From Nitrospirota bacterium (GTDB taxonomy: Bacteria > Nitrospirota > Nitrospiria > Nitrospirales > NS-4), in assembly GCA_963788195.1 (NCBI GenBank), contig CAWBGA010000017.1, positions 768,001 through 832,000 of the forward strand: 64,000 nucleotides of DNA, given 5' to 3'. Both the position numbers and the translations under genes were made by a program. Below are positions 1-11,426 of the stretch, one piece after another (the first letter of the stretch is position 1; each line of letters begins with the position of its first letter). Under the pieces are notes generated by a model, which did no database searches, was not told the origin of the DNA, and saw only the letters and a list, made by a program, of their open reading frames with translations.

Positions 1-952
1 AGGTGTAGCCAACCTTCACTGCCTCGGCGTGCGCATTAATGTGCACGTTATGTCCTGGAGCCCCGAAGTACCACTGTCGTTGCGCCGCCGAACTGCCAGG
101 CCCCTTCCAACGTGGCATCCAGGCCGCCGGCCTTGCCGTTCAGTCGAGCGCCCAGGGTGCTTCGCGTCTGGTTTGGCGCTTGCGGAGTTGCATTAGTACC
201 GTTGATACTTGTGGTTCCGGCAGAGCGCTGCCCGGTGATCCGCCAAGAGGAAGTAGTACGGCTCGATGGTCCAGTTCGGCACCGGCTTCAATGGTGAGAT
301 AGGCGCCGTAGATGTCCTGATCTGTGCTCGCTTTGGTGCCAGTTCCTGGAAAGATGACCCCGTGGTTAGCCCCATTCGCTTCCGTGTCGGCGATCCGCGC
401 CCAGAACAGATCCAAATCCGCGAAGGGTGCGGAATGGGTCAACCGGGCCCCATCAAACGAGTTGCCGATCTGGCTCCACCCAAAGTTGCCGAACAGCCGG
501 TGGTCCCCGAAGATGATCTCCTGCCGGCCGAGCTTCGCGCTCAGACCAGGCGTCAGGATGTTCTTGACCAGGATATAGCCCTGGTGGAGATCAACCCCTG
601 TATTGTTCAGGTTGGCCGACGAGACCGCACCGATCCCGCTCGTCGTGGCAGGAGTTAGTACGCTTCACTTCCCCAAAGCCGAGCATCCTGGATCTGCGCA
701 AAGAAGATCACATCGGGCGTGAGATCATATCCGACGTTGATGCGCACCCGATGACTGGCCGCGCTCTCATTTGATGGTGTGGCCACCAAACGTACCGCCG
801 ACCCGGTACTCGTACCTGATCCGCGCCTCGCCGCCGATGGTCAGCTTGTCCACGTCGACTTTCGCGAATGCGGGATCAGTGGCCACCATGCCTCCGACCA
901 TCGCAAACGCCCCCAGGGCGAACCACCCTGATAGCTTCCTTCCCATGTGCAT
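1..952 (-). CDS. Alginate export family (AlgE-like) outer-membrane beta-barrel protein; frameshifted, runs off the window start
   Basis: Signal peptide followed by GGEARIRYEYR. Other frames continue with HRVRINVGYDLTPDVIFFAQIQDARLWG and LHQGYILVK...KLGRQEIIFGDHRLFGNFGWSQIGNSFDGARLT, motifs typical of the family. At least 2 frame breaks, near 770 and 660. Confidence 0.75.
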
Positions 953-1235
953 AGCAACCCTCCTGTTAATATTGTGTGCTGTGCGCCGTCCCCGTGCCGC
1001 ACAGCGCCTATCCTACGCTCCCCATCGTGGCGTGACGCACAGCACAGGCACACTCCGCAAGGCAGCTGAAACGCTGCCGCATAGGACACCCTTCCGGCGA
1101 TTTCTGCCGACAGTTTAAACTTTTCCGATATCACGAGAACTCCATCCGTCTTAAATCGATACCTCAGCAATCCCTCGTAAATGAACTCACGTTGATACCA
1201 TCGTTAAGGCTTCATCTAATACGTGAGCCGGCGGC

Positions 1236-1264
1236 ATCCTACCTTATGATTTTTCGAATATCAA
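1236..1264 (-). promoter_or_regulatory. Putative sigma70 promoter for the porin gene
   Basis: Minus strand reads TTGATA-N17-TAGGAT, about 290 bp upstream of the start codon. Confidence 0.45.
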
Positions 1265-1272
1265 GAAAATTT

Positions 1273-2686
1273 TTATGTAACGAACGAGAACCGATAATAA
1301 TCGATATGGGGGGGGTCGGTGCATGAACCGCCTAGAAGTTCCTGAATGCCCAGTTTTGAGAATCCTAGCGCTTCTAACTCGGGAAGCGTCGCGAGGACTT
1401 CGTCTTCTGTGAGATAGGCCGTCGTATCGGGGGCTGCGCGAGAGGAGAGATCGTGCATGATGCGGGTCATGTCCGCGCGTTCAGTTTCAGGAACATCGGG
1501 ACGAATCGGAAAGTCAATGGTCCTGCGGTATGGTGAGCGGTACACTCCGCTGAGCGCTTCCAGCGTCCGAAGTATGAGGCGATCCCGTTCCCAAGCCTTG
1601 AGCTTGCCCGGAAACGGATAGGTATTAAAAAGCTCCGGAAGCGTCAGGACATTTTTTCCCAGCTGACGCGCGACATACTCTTTTTGAGTCTCTACCGAGA
1701 CCCCCTCGAGACTCAGACGTTGGGCAACGGCCTTACACAGGGCAAAGTTCACCATAAAGGTGTACTGGCCGCCAAGCAGGCTGTAGCAAGGCTTGTCGGG
1801 GTCCCCAATGATGTCCGGGTCAGGGGTGCCGGCATCAAAGCTGATGAAGCGGCCACCCGGCTGTAGCAAACGCTTGGCTTCATTCATCGTTGCGAAGGCA
1901 CCAAGATTCACAGGAACCAGCACCAGTTCCTCAATCGGCTTTAAGAATTCAGCGATGGTTTTGCGATAAGGAACCCGCTTCCAGTCCACAGGGTGGTAAT
2001 CTTTCTCCCAGATGATCTCTTCAAGGAAAGGCGGCTGGTTCTTGAGTCGCTCCAGATTCATTGCGCCGAAGTCTTCGACGAGGCCGAACCAGTCTTGATA
2101 TTGCTTCGTTTTGGCGGCACTGAGATTCGGTCGCATCTGCTCTTCAGGATGTCTCCTTCTTTGCGCAACATGACCTTGGTTGGAAGGTCGTTCCACAGCT
2201 CATTGCTGACAATCCAATGGACGCTCTTATCTTTGATCCCTGAGAGGTTCTGGACATCGGCTTGCACCGCGAAAACCCGTGACCGATGGGCTTGCAAGTC
2301 TGGATGGGTCAACGCCAAACGCAAGGTCTCCGCGTTATTGTCAATCAGGCAGTACCGAATCCGGCTGTATAGCTCCCGGCCGTATCCAAGGTTTTGAGGT
2401 GCGAAAGAAAACAGGCCGCGAGATTGCCGTTTCCAGCGCCCCATTCTTGAATCACGACCGTCGTGGGCAGATCTCGTCGTGTCCGATGCTCCATATAGAA
2501 CTCGTCAGCAAGGGCATGCGCGAGCCGATAGTCACCACTCGCCATGGTCTGGGAGTAGTCCCGGAGACGGCCGCCCTGCAACCCATAGAACAGAGTGTTC
2601 AGGTGGGCCTGCCACTGATCAACAGGCTTGAACTCACCGAGACACTGAGGGGGAGTCTCTTCCTTCGTAGTGGGCGGGAGGTTCAC
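1273..2686 (-). CDS. Class I SAM-dependent methyltransferase (MidA/NDUFAF7-like), split over three frames
   Basis: ORFs 2345-2686, 2058-2444 and 1273-2196 join into one protein. Motif I VIQEWGAGNGNLA, WIVSNELWNDLP and LLQPGGRFISFDAG are present. Confidence 0.7.
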
Positions 2687-3236
2687 GGCCGCGGGATTCT
2701 AGCAAAACATGTTTACCAAGACAACCAAAGCGCCGCTTCCCAAATTAGGGAAGAGAGAATGGAGGTAGACTGCTTGGGAGACGGCAAGGGGCGGAGTCGT
2801 TGTTCTATTGAAACTGGAGCAAGCCGAAGTGTCGGAAAGGAGTGAGCGATAGCCTGCGTGATAGTAGCACAAGAGTCCTCTGTGATTTAGAAAAGGGATA
2901 GGAGTATTCGAAGGCGTTGGGGGTGCGGTCGGAGAACACGCAAGAGCCTCAAGTGTAATAGCTGGGCTACTAGGAGTGAAAATCCTCTTTGACGGAGCGT
3001 ACTGCAGGCCGAGGATGTTAGATCACGTTCGACTGCACATTTTTGGAGCAGAGAATGACCGTTATCTTGTCAGAGCAGCGTTGAGACGACCTGGATCAGA
3101 ATCTGCAGCTACCAGCGGGAGCAACAGAGGTAGCTTCAGGCGTCTCGTCGTTTGCACAATAGTGTAATATCAATTTTGAGAATCTCCTTGACCTGAACGG
3201 GGTTTGTTAGATAGCTTTCCAGAAACTGGAGTGTCT

Positions 3237-3967
3237 ATGGCGGATTCACCCCGCGGCTCTCGGTGGTCATTCCCATATTTAATGAGCGGGACAATTTGCA
3301 TCCGTTGACCGCCCAAGCCCTGAAGGCTCTGACTGGTCAGGTGTCGTCGTTTGAACTTATCTACGTCGATGATGGGAGTACTGACGGAAGCAGCGGCCTT
3401 CTCGATCAACTCGCCGACAATCATCCAGAAGTTCGTGTCCTCCATTTTGACCGAAATTACGGACAGACCGCCGCCTTCGATGCCGGCTTTCGCCTTGCGC
3501 GAGGGGAAGTCATCGCGACTCTTGACGGGGATCTACAATTCGATCCGGCCGACATTCTGCGGCTGTTACCCCTTTCTGAACGTTATGATCTGGTCTGCGG
3601 ATGGCGCCGTGATCGTCATGACACTTTTGTCAAACGACTCTCATCGCGACTCGCAAATTTCATCCGTAACGTCTTCACACGCGATGGAGTCCACGACACG
3701 GGGTGCTCTCTAAAAGTCTTCCGCCGCGCGGTAGTGGAACGCCTGGCGCTTTTCGAAGGAATGCACCGGTTTTTTCCGGCTTTGGCGCGGATGCATGGAT
3801 TTAGCATTACCGAGATTCCGGTGCACCATTATCCACGGGCTCACGGCGAGTCGAAGTACGGCATCGGGAATCGAGTGTTCAAAAGCCTTTACGACTTGAT
3901 CGCAGTCAGGTGGATGCAGAAGCGCTGCCTGCGGTACGGTTACGGAAAACGCGATGAGCGCGACTGA
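3237..3967 (+). CDS. Glycosyltransferase family 2 (polyprenol-phosphate glycosyltransferase, ArnC/DPM1-like)
   Basis: VVIPIFNE, YVDDGSTDGS, RNYGQTAA, TLDGDLQFDP, DTGCSLK and GMHRFFP motifs. The probable ATG at 3237 is out of frame by an indel. Confidence 0.9.
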
Positions 3968-5936
3968 AACGGTATGGGTGTCCGTCGGCTTCCTTGGCCA
4001 AGGTCTGTTCTTCATGCGGTGGGTCGTGCAATGGTGGAAGTCCGAGCGCGAGGGCGCGAGCACGATTCCGATCGGCTTTTGGTACTTGAGCCTTATCGGG
4101 GGGCTGATCACCCTCGCCTACGCGATTTATCGAAGGGACCCGGTATTTATCACGGGCCAAAGCGTCGGAGCGGTCGTCTATCTTCGGAACCTTATGCTGA
4201 TCTATCGAAACAAGACTCCTTTCAACCTTGCCGAAATCCACGCTCCTCCTTTAGCCCACCCACTTAATGGGGCAACGCGCCCATCCTTTTGTTCTTATGA
4301 TTCTGTGTGCGCCCTGTTCTTCTATGGACTGGGAAATCTTGGCCTGACCGACCGCGATGAGGGCTCCAACGCCGAAGCGGCTCGTGAGATGCTGCAGAGT
4401 GGCGATTGGATGACCCCGACGCTGAACGGGGCTCCTCGCTTCGCCAAGCCAGCCCTTATTTACTGGCTGATCTCGGGTACATACCGGCTGTTCGGGGTCA
4501 GCGAATTCACAGCCCGCGTCCCGTCGGCTCTCTTTGGGACCGGACTCATTCTTCTGCAGTATTACTTTGCCAAGCGATTCCTCGGGCCGGTCATCGCGTT
4601 GCGGGCCGCCGTGATCCTGTTGTTGAACTTTGAGATTCTCGCAATCGGGCGAATGGTCCTGACGGACATGGTCCTCATCTTCTTTACGACCCTGAGCATC
4701 TTCAGTTTCTTTCTGGGCTTTCATGGACAGGGAAGGGCGAAGCGGTGGTACTGGATGTTCTATATCGGAATGGCGCTGGCCACGCTTACAAAGGGTCCGG
4801 TCGGTGTGCTCGTGCCTCTGCTCGCGGTGATTCCCTACCTTTTCTTCACCAGACGATGGCACTCGGGCCGGCAGTTTTTGGCGGAGGGCCATCCGGTCGC
4901 AGGGACTGCGGTCTTCTTCCTGATTGCCGCTCCCTGGTACACCGCCATGTTTGCCCTGCACGGATCTGCCTATCTTGAATCCGCCCAAGGTGACACGATC
5001 ACCCGGTTCTTTTCGGTCATCGGGGGACATGGGGGAACCCTTCTGTTCTATATCCCGATCCTTTTCCTGGGCTTCTTTCCCTGGAGCGGTTACCTTCCCG
5101 CGGCCCTCATTGCAACCTTACGGCCCCATGGAAAAGACGCCGTCACGGAAGCCCAAGCACTCGCAGTGCTTTGCGCAGTGTGGATCTTGGCCGTCTTTGT
5201 GTTCTTTACGGTTTCGTCCACCCGGCTTCCACACTACATCGCGCCGCTTTTTCCTGCCGCCGCCCTCCTCGTCTCGATGTGGTGGGTCCGATTGCAGACC
5301 GACGCGGGGTGGATGGGAAAACTGACCCTGATGGTGACTCTGTTCTTTGGTTGTTTGCTCGGGCTCGCCTTCATCGGAATGGACTGGGCCTATGATCACT
5401 TTATCACTCAGATCACACGTGAATTTCCCGCGGCAAATCAGATTGACCCCGGCTGGGCCCCAATGGCCATCGGCTTTTCGATTCTGGCTGGAACCGGACT
5501 GTTTGCCTACGCGGTCATGGAACGGTCGCCTGCTTTTAGTTTTACCGTTGCGTCAATCATGATGGGGGTCGTGGCGGGACTGACGATCATGGTGATCCTA
5601 CCTCGTTTCAACACATACTTTATCGCCCCCGCACAAGATCTCGCCGCCATTGCCGGTCTGAACTTGGAACCGAACGATACGCTCATCGCCTATGGCCGGG
5701 CGAAGCCCAGCCTTCTCTTCTATGCCAAACGGGAATGCAGCAGGACAAGACCCTGCATCGAATTCATCAAACCCGGCGAGGAGCAGAAGATGGATTCCCT
5801 CTTGAAGCGCCCGGGACAGATCATGATCGTGACGCAGGATCGATTGCGGAACAATCTGCCGGGGGATGCCTCCGGTTTTCCCCTTGCGTTGAGTCGACAC
5901 GGCTACGTGTTGCTGGCCAAGAAGCCGACCTTCTGA
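3954..5936 (+). CDS. Lipid A biosynthesis N-terminal (LAB_N) domain followed by an ArnT-like GT39/GT83 glycosyltransferase (fused, or two genes joined by an indel)
   Basis: N-terminal GFLGQGLFFMRWVVQW...IPIGFWYLSLIGG...RDPVFITGQ (LAB_N). Then DRDEGSNAEAAREM, RFAKPALIYW, ARVPSAL and LTKGPVG, with many TM helices (ArnT family). Confidence 0.85.
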   Translation: MSATETVWVSVGFLGQGLFFMRWVVQWWKSEREGASTIPIGFWYLSLIGGLITLAYAIYRRDPVFITGQSVGAVVYLRNLMLIYRNKTPFNLAEIHAPPLAHPLNGATRPSFCSYDSVCALFFYGLGNLGLTDRDEGSNAEAAREMLQSGDWMTPTLNGAPRFAKPALIYWLISGTYRLFGVSEFTARVPSALFGTGLILLQYYFAKRFLGPVIALRAAVILLLNFEILAIGRMVLTDMVLIFFTTLSIFSFFLGFHGQGRAKRWYWMFYIGMALATLTKGPVGVLVPLLAVIPYLFFTRRWHSGRQFLAEGHPVAGTAVFFLIAAPWYTAMFALHGSAYLESAQGDTITRFFSVIGGHGGTLLFYIPILFLGFFPWSGYLPAALIATLRPHGKDAVTEAQALAVLCAVWILAVFVFFTVSSTRLPHYIAPLFPAAALLVSMWWVRLQTDAGWMGKLTLMVTLFFGCLLGLAFIGMDWAYDHFITQITREFPAANQIDPGWAPMAIGFSILAGTGLFAYAVMERSPAFSFTVASIMMGVVAGLTIMVILPRFNTYFIAPAQDLAAIAGLNLEPNDTLIAYGRAKPSLLFYAKRECSRTRPCIEFIKPGEEQKMDSLLKRPGQIMIVTQDRLRNNLPGDASGFPLALSRHGYVLLAKKPTF

Positions 5937-5937
5937 G

Positions 5938-7341
5938 ATGAACCTCCGAGTCCTCTTCATGTGTCTTATTGTCGGCGCCTCGACTGTTTGCGCATATGAA
6001 TCACGTGCGATCACAGACCTTGACGCCCAGATTTCCAGGGAGCGCCTCTTGGAATCAGTCCGAGCCCTTTCGGCATTCGAAGGGCGGCAATCCGGCACCC
6101 CCGGAGGCGAAGCGGCAGCGGACTACATTGCTCAGCGCTTGCCGGCAGTCGTCCGTCAGACGTTTCCGATTGATCCTGTGGTCACATCAACCGTTCAGGC
6201 CGAGGTCGAGTCCGGCGGCGACGTGAGGACGCTGGTGAACGGGATCGATTTTCTCCCCGTTCTGGGTGGTGCCCGAACAGCAAAGATCGCCGCTCCCGTG
6301 GTCTTCGTCGGCTACGGCATCGCTGATCCTGAACACGGCTTGGACGAATATCAGAACGTTTCCGTCACAGGCAAGATCGTGCTGTTCCTGCGAGGTCAGC
6401 CGAAACGCTATCAGGGACGATTTCTGCATGTTGACAAAGAGAGAGCCGCGAAGGCGCGCGGCGCGGTCGGCTATCTCATTGTCACCGGCCCTATCCTGAG
6501 CGCCTATGAGCAACGACGGGGGATGAGCACAGAACCTATGGCGTTCTATACCGGCGAGAGCGATTCTCCTTTGCCCGGCCTCTGGATTACGCCGGCCCTA
6601 GGGAATTTCCTGCTCAAACCGATCTCCGTCACCCTCGAGTTGTTCCAACAGGAATCACGCAACCGATCCAGCGAAACAGAAAGCACAATCACCCTGAGCT
6701 TCCAACAACGCCGCCTCACTTCGACGGCGACAAACGTCGTCGGCTACTTGTCGGGCTCAGCTCCGCAGCTCAAACAGGAGACAATTATTCTCGGCGCGCA
6801 CTATGACCATTTCGGGAACCAAGGCGGAATCCTGTTCCCCGGAGCCGACGACAACGCCTCGGGCACAGCCGTCCTCTTGGAAGTGGCACGCGTCCTGACC
6901 GGAAAAGCCCGAACGAAACGAAGCATCATTTTCATCGCCTTTGCGGGGGAAGAGCAGGGATTGCTGGGTTCGAAGATGTACACATCCCATCCGGTAGTGC
7001 CGCTTGGCTCGGCCTCATCCATGATCAATGTCGACCATGTCGCAGCCGGGAACGGCAAGATCGCCATCGGGCTTTCCGGGATTGACAAGTCAATAGCTCA
7101 AGCGGCAGCCGACGGGGCAGGATTGAGTGATCGGATTGAGCTCTTCGGGTTTTTCCCAGGCGGCGATCATGTGCCATTCAATGAGGCCGGGATCCCCACG
7201 GCAGCCATCTTCAGCTCCGGCGGGCATCCTGACTTCCATCGTCCATCTGATACGCCCGAGCGGATTCGCCCGGAGATCCTTGTCTCAGCCGCGCGATATA
7301 CACTCGCGGTCCTCCTGATGCTCGCAAATCTTGAGCCTTGA
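5938..7341 (+). CDS. M28 family zinc peptidase with PA domain, secreted
   Basis: Signal peptide; VFVGYGI (PA domain); GAHYDH, GADDNASG, GEEQGLLGS, DHVPF and DFHRPSD motifs. Confidence 0.9.
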   Translation: MNLRVLFMCLIVGASTVCAYESRAITDLDAQISRERLLESVRALSAFEGRQSGTPGGEAAADYIAQRLPAVVRQTFPIDPVVTSTVQAEVESGGDVRTLVNGIDFLPVLGGARTAKIAAPVVFVGYGIADPEHGLDEYQNVSVTGKIVLFLRGQPKRYQGRFLHVDKERAAKARGAVGYLIVTGPILSAYEQRRGMSTEPMAFYTGESDSPLPGLWITPALGNFLLKPISVTLELFQQESRNRSSETESTITLSFQQRRLTSTATNVVGYLSGSAPQLKQETIILGAHYDHFGNQGGILFPGADDNASGTAVLLEVARVLTGKARTKRSIIFIAFAGEEQGLLGSKMYTSHPVVPLGSASSMINVDHVAAGNGKIAIGLSGIDKSIAQAAADGAGLSDRIELFGFFPGGDHVPFNEAGIPTAAIFSSGGHPDFHRPSDTPERIRPEILVSAARYTLAVLLMLANLEP

Positions 7342-7352
7342 TCTTGTTGTCA

Positions 7353-8412
7353 TCACGAGGCGAGCGGCAATATCCCTTGGAGGAACCGCAGCAGAAGGAT
7401 CACCAACACGGCAGCGCTCGCAGCAATGACTTCGCCTCTCCAGTCAAGCATGGTTTGTGTTTTCTTCCTTGAGAACCATCCATTAAAAGACCTATTCTCA
7501 AACCGATAGAACTGGATCAGCTGCGGCAAATAGGCCGCCACGATGAGGGCAGCCATCCACCACGGAGCGCATGCGACCGCGATCCCCAGAAGCAGGCTTG
7601 CAATGCCGACAGCCCGTAGGACCGGCTGGGCGCTGCCGTGAAGGCCGCCCCACAGCCGACACAGCAACCCAAATAAGACGAACCCACCTCCGACTGCGAG
7701 GTGGAGCCTCTCCTGAGGCCATGGCGGCGCCCGATGGAGGATAATCCAGATCACGAAGAACGTAACCACAACCCATGGCAGGCCAACACGTAGTAGCTGG
7801 GGAAGCGCTTGGTCTCTCCAGTGAATGACTCTTACAGCGGCGAGGCTTCCAACGAGTAATCCCTAAGATCGCCCCTGTATACACGTCGGTCGGAAAATGT
7901 GAGCCCCGCAGGATCCGGCTGATTCCGACGAGACCTCCAACTAAGAACAGGGATCCACCAAGTTTCGGGAAAAAGCGTGTGAGCACCGCGGCGGCGGCAA
8001 ACGCGTTTATGGTATGTCCCGACGGGAAGGAATCGAGTCCTGAGATCAGGGACGGTCCGAAGACGACTTCGTCGCCGTGGGCAAAGCGCGGGCGTGGCCG
8101 CCCAATAAGGTGTTTTATGACCTGCACCATGACGGTGACCAGGAAAAGGGCAATAAGGCCTCGCACCCCGACCTCTTTCAACCGGTCCTGTTTCCACCAC
8201 CACCCCGCCAAAGCCAGGACGGCAAACAGCACTCCAATGACGACGCCCTGACCAATGACAGCCACGAAATCGCCGATTCGGTTCACGACATGGATGTCGA
8301 AGGAACGGACAAACCGCGCCGTGGGCATGTCCAACTCGTGAAGCTTGAAGCCAATGACTATTAGGATGGCGACGGACGACGCGCTGAAGAAAAGCTCTCC
8401 CCACCGCCTCAT
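7353..8412 (-). CDS. PAP2-family phosphatase (LpxE-like) with an extra C-terminal membrane region; frameshifted near 7855
   Basis: KHLIGRPRP, SFPSGH and SRILRGSHFPTDV catalytic motifs. The ATG overlaps the upstream stop (ATGA). The hydrophobic ORF 7353-7769 continues the protein. Confidence 0.8.
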
Positions 8413-9455
8413 GGCACCCAGTCGGCCAGAAAGATATTGAATTCCCGTTTCTCCTTGGCCCCTCGGTCCGACACCCAAACGACCTTTGTTCCATCGGGGG
8501 AGAACATGGGAAAGCTGTTGAACCGGCCTTCGTAGGAGAGTTGCTCCAGCCCAGTGCCATCGTCATTGATCAGAAAGAGATCGAACTTTCGTCTCTCGGG
8601 GTCTTTGACATTCGAGGAGAAAATAATGCGCCGGCCATCCGGGTGAAAGAAGGGAGCAAAGTTCGCGGCGCCGTTTTTCGTGATCTGTTGGTGATGGCCG
8701 CCGTCGGCATCCATGATGAAAATTTCAAGCTTGCTCGGCTCGACAAGATTCTGAGCCAGTAACTCTTTGTAGTGGTCGACTTCGGCCGGTTCAGTCGGAT
8801 GGTACGCGCGATAGACGATCCGTTTGCTGTCGGGGGAGAAGAAGGGGCCCCCGTCATAACCGAGAGCCGAGGTCAAGCGCCTCACGTCGGTCCCGTCCAG
8901 ACGCATCGAATAAATATCCAGATCTCCATCGCGGACCGAGGTAAAGACGATACGCGAGCCATCAGGAGAAATGGTGGCTTCGGCATCATAGCCGGACGTT
9001 GCCGTCAAACGGACAAGACTCTCGCCACGGAGGTTCGCCGTGAAGATGTCGTAATCGTCCAGCGCCCATACGTACCGTCTTTGCGCGCTTGGCTTTGGTG
9101 GACAAAGCGGGCTTTTCAGATGTGTTGAAGAAAACAGCACGCGCCGATCGCCCGGCAGGAAATAGCCGCATGTCGTGCCCCCTTGCCCCGTGCTGACCAG
9201 ACGCACCTCTCCGCTTCCCAGCTACATGACATACTGCTGATAACAATCCCGCCCATCCCGCGTGGATTGAAAAATCAAGGACGTGCCGTCAAAGGAGAAG
9301 TACGCTTCCGCGTTCTGGCGTCCCGCCGTGAATTGCCGGATGTTGCTGAAGTGTCGCTCTGTGTGTGTGATGCCTGGGGCGTCGAGAGCCTGAGACCCAC
9401 TCGTACACCCAATGAGAATGGATGCCAGCGCGACGAGGAGAGGAGCACGGATCAT
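8409..9455 (-). CDS. TolB-like PD40 beta-propeller lipoprotein; frameshifted near 9215
   Basis: Lipobox-like ILIGC; NAEAYFSFDG; repeated SPDG...IVFTS and FSPDSKRIVY repeats. Confidence 0.85.
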
Positions 9456-9464
9456 GACTGCCCG

Positions 9465-11426
9465 TCACTGTTCTTTCTTGCCGGCGCGCAGAAGCGGCGG
9501 GTCATCGTCCTCGCTGCGTGCGACTACTTTGCCGTTCTCAAATACGACATAGGTATTCCAGCCATAAAAGAATAGAAGGGGGGCGATCGCCTTTGCCGCC
9601 CCCGGCGTCAAGCCGTAGAAGATGCTCACAACATGTGCCGGGATCGTCAGGATTTCTGATCGAAAGAAGGAGCGCGTTTCCAGCATTGGAATACTCTTTT
9701 CCGCCGACGCGAAATGCTTGGGGCTTGAGGCTCATGCCATCCGGAAGGGCCTTCTGCGCCCATTCAAACACTGGACCCGCCGCCGGCCCCCCTAAAAGCA
9801 GAATGGAAGTGGAATTCGCGTTTCCCAATCGACTATCCGACGCGGATGAAATCGTTACATTGTCCTGCATCGAAATCCGTTCAGCAATTTCACGGTACGG
9901 ATCCACCGTGTTGGATGCTCCGTCGGCAAGAACGACTATTCGCTGAGGATCCGTCACGAAGAGGTTCAGCATGGCAGGCAGGTCGGCTCGAGGAATTCTC
10001 CGAAACAGATTGAAGTCAGGATCAGCCGACTGCGGAATGTTCAGAGCGCCGGGTTGTTCGATCCAACGGGTGAAGAACGGACGCAGATCCCGGGAAGCGG
10101 TCTTGCTGAATAGCGTTTCAAGATCACCCCACCCGACACGCCGGCCTCCATATCTGCCGGCAAGCTGCTTGATGGCTGCAAAGAACGCCTCGTTCCCAAT
10201 CTCGTGGCGCAGCATATGAAAGACCATCGCGGGCTTGCTGTACCCGATGGCGCTGTCGCGCTGATCCGATTTTCTGTTTGAACCGGGCGACGGCGTAATC
10301 CTGCTCAGGGGACACATAGACCGCGTAATTGTAGAGCATCATGCGGCGTTCCGCGCGGGCTTTCTCCCGCTCGCCTTGCATCTCATGCCAGTAATAATTC
10401 GCCAGGTAGGTCGTCAGGCCCTCTACCCAGTTTCCGCCTTCGTCATTGTAGACATAATTGCCAATCCAGGAATGTACGATTTCATGACCCAAGGCATATG
10501 GCTGAACATATCGACGGCGAATAGACCCGGACCCGAGCAGAGTATAAGAGGGCAGGCCCAAACCGCTGGCGAAAAAAGTTCTCCACAACGGAGAAGCGGG
10601 CAAACGGATAGGGCCCGAGGAGCCTACATAGGCGCGTAGATAGCTGCATGCCGAGCTGAGATAAGTCTCGGCAAGGGATTGATCATCCGGGATAGAGGTA
10701 TGTGGCGGTCTAATCCCATCACAATTGCGTGTCGTGACCAGATACTGGCCGGCGGTCAGCGTAAGCCCTTGAGCGGGCGCCGCGAGTCTCCAGGTCGTGA
10801 TCGTGGCGACGGGGTGACTTCACGCTTCTCCAGGTTGCCCTGCCCGCCGTTTCCCATTTGGCGGGGTCGTCACCGGTCGCTCGATAGACGGCAGACGAAT
10901 GCGGCGAGATCCGGGTACCAGGCCGTCTCGGGCCCGATGTAGACGCCTTCAGGATCCAATATGTCCGGAGGTTTCACTCGGCGTGACAAAGCGAAGATGC
11001 CGCGGCTCCCTTGGGGGATCATTCAGCTCGCCCGCATAGTCAAAATCCAAGACCAGCCTCTCGCCGTCTTTTGCGGCTGCGATCCAAATCAACACAATCT
11101 CATGGACCAGCCGGGGATCAGACTTCATTCGAGCCGATCGGAGCCTACCCGGAAGTGCCCGCGGATGAAACGAGAGCAGTTTCCCTTCTGGGAGATCCAC
11201 GCGACCACAAGATGTTTGTTCAGCCGGAAGGCAAGCGTCTGTGCTTCGCTGACTCGCCTGGAGCTCCACACGATCCATAACCTGACCGGTGAGATGACGG
11301 CACGAGGTGACCTTGAGATCATGGCTCAGGACATGGATGTCTGCAGCTTGTGCGTCGGCAGAACCCGGACAATGCCGCCAGAGAGAAGAAGGATCGCCAG
11401 CGTTCCCGGACGAGAGGCAAGTTCAC
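9465..11426 (-). CDS. M1 family aminopeptidase, multiply frameshifted
   Basis: HEIVHSWIGN...WVEGLTTY (HEXXH-x18-E) and GYSKPAMVFHMLR. Fragments at 10949-11278, 10124-10603, 9538-10317 and 9465-9686. The start is approximate. Confidence 0.8.
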
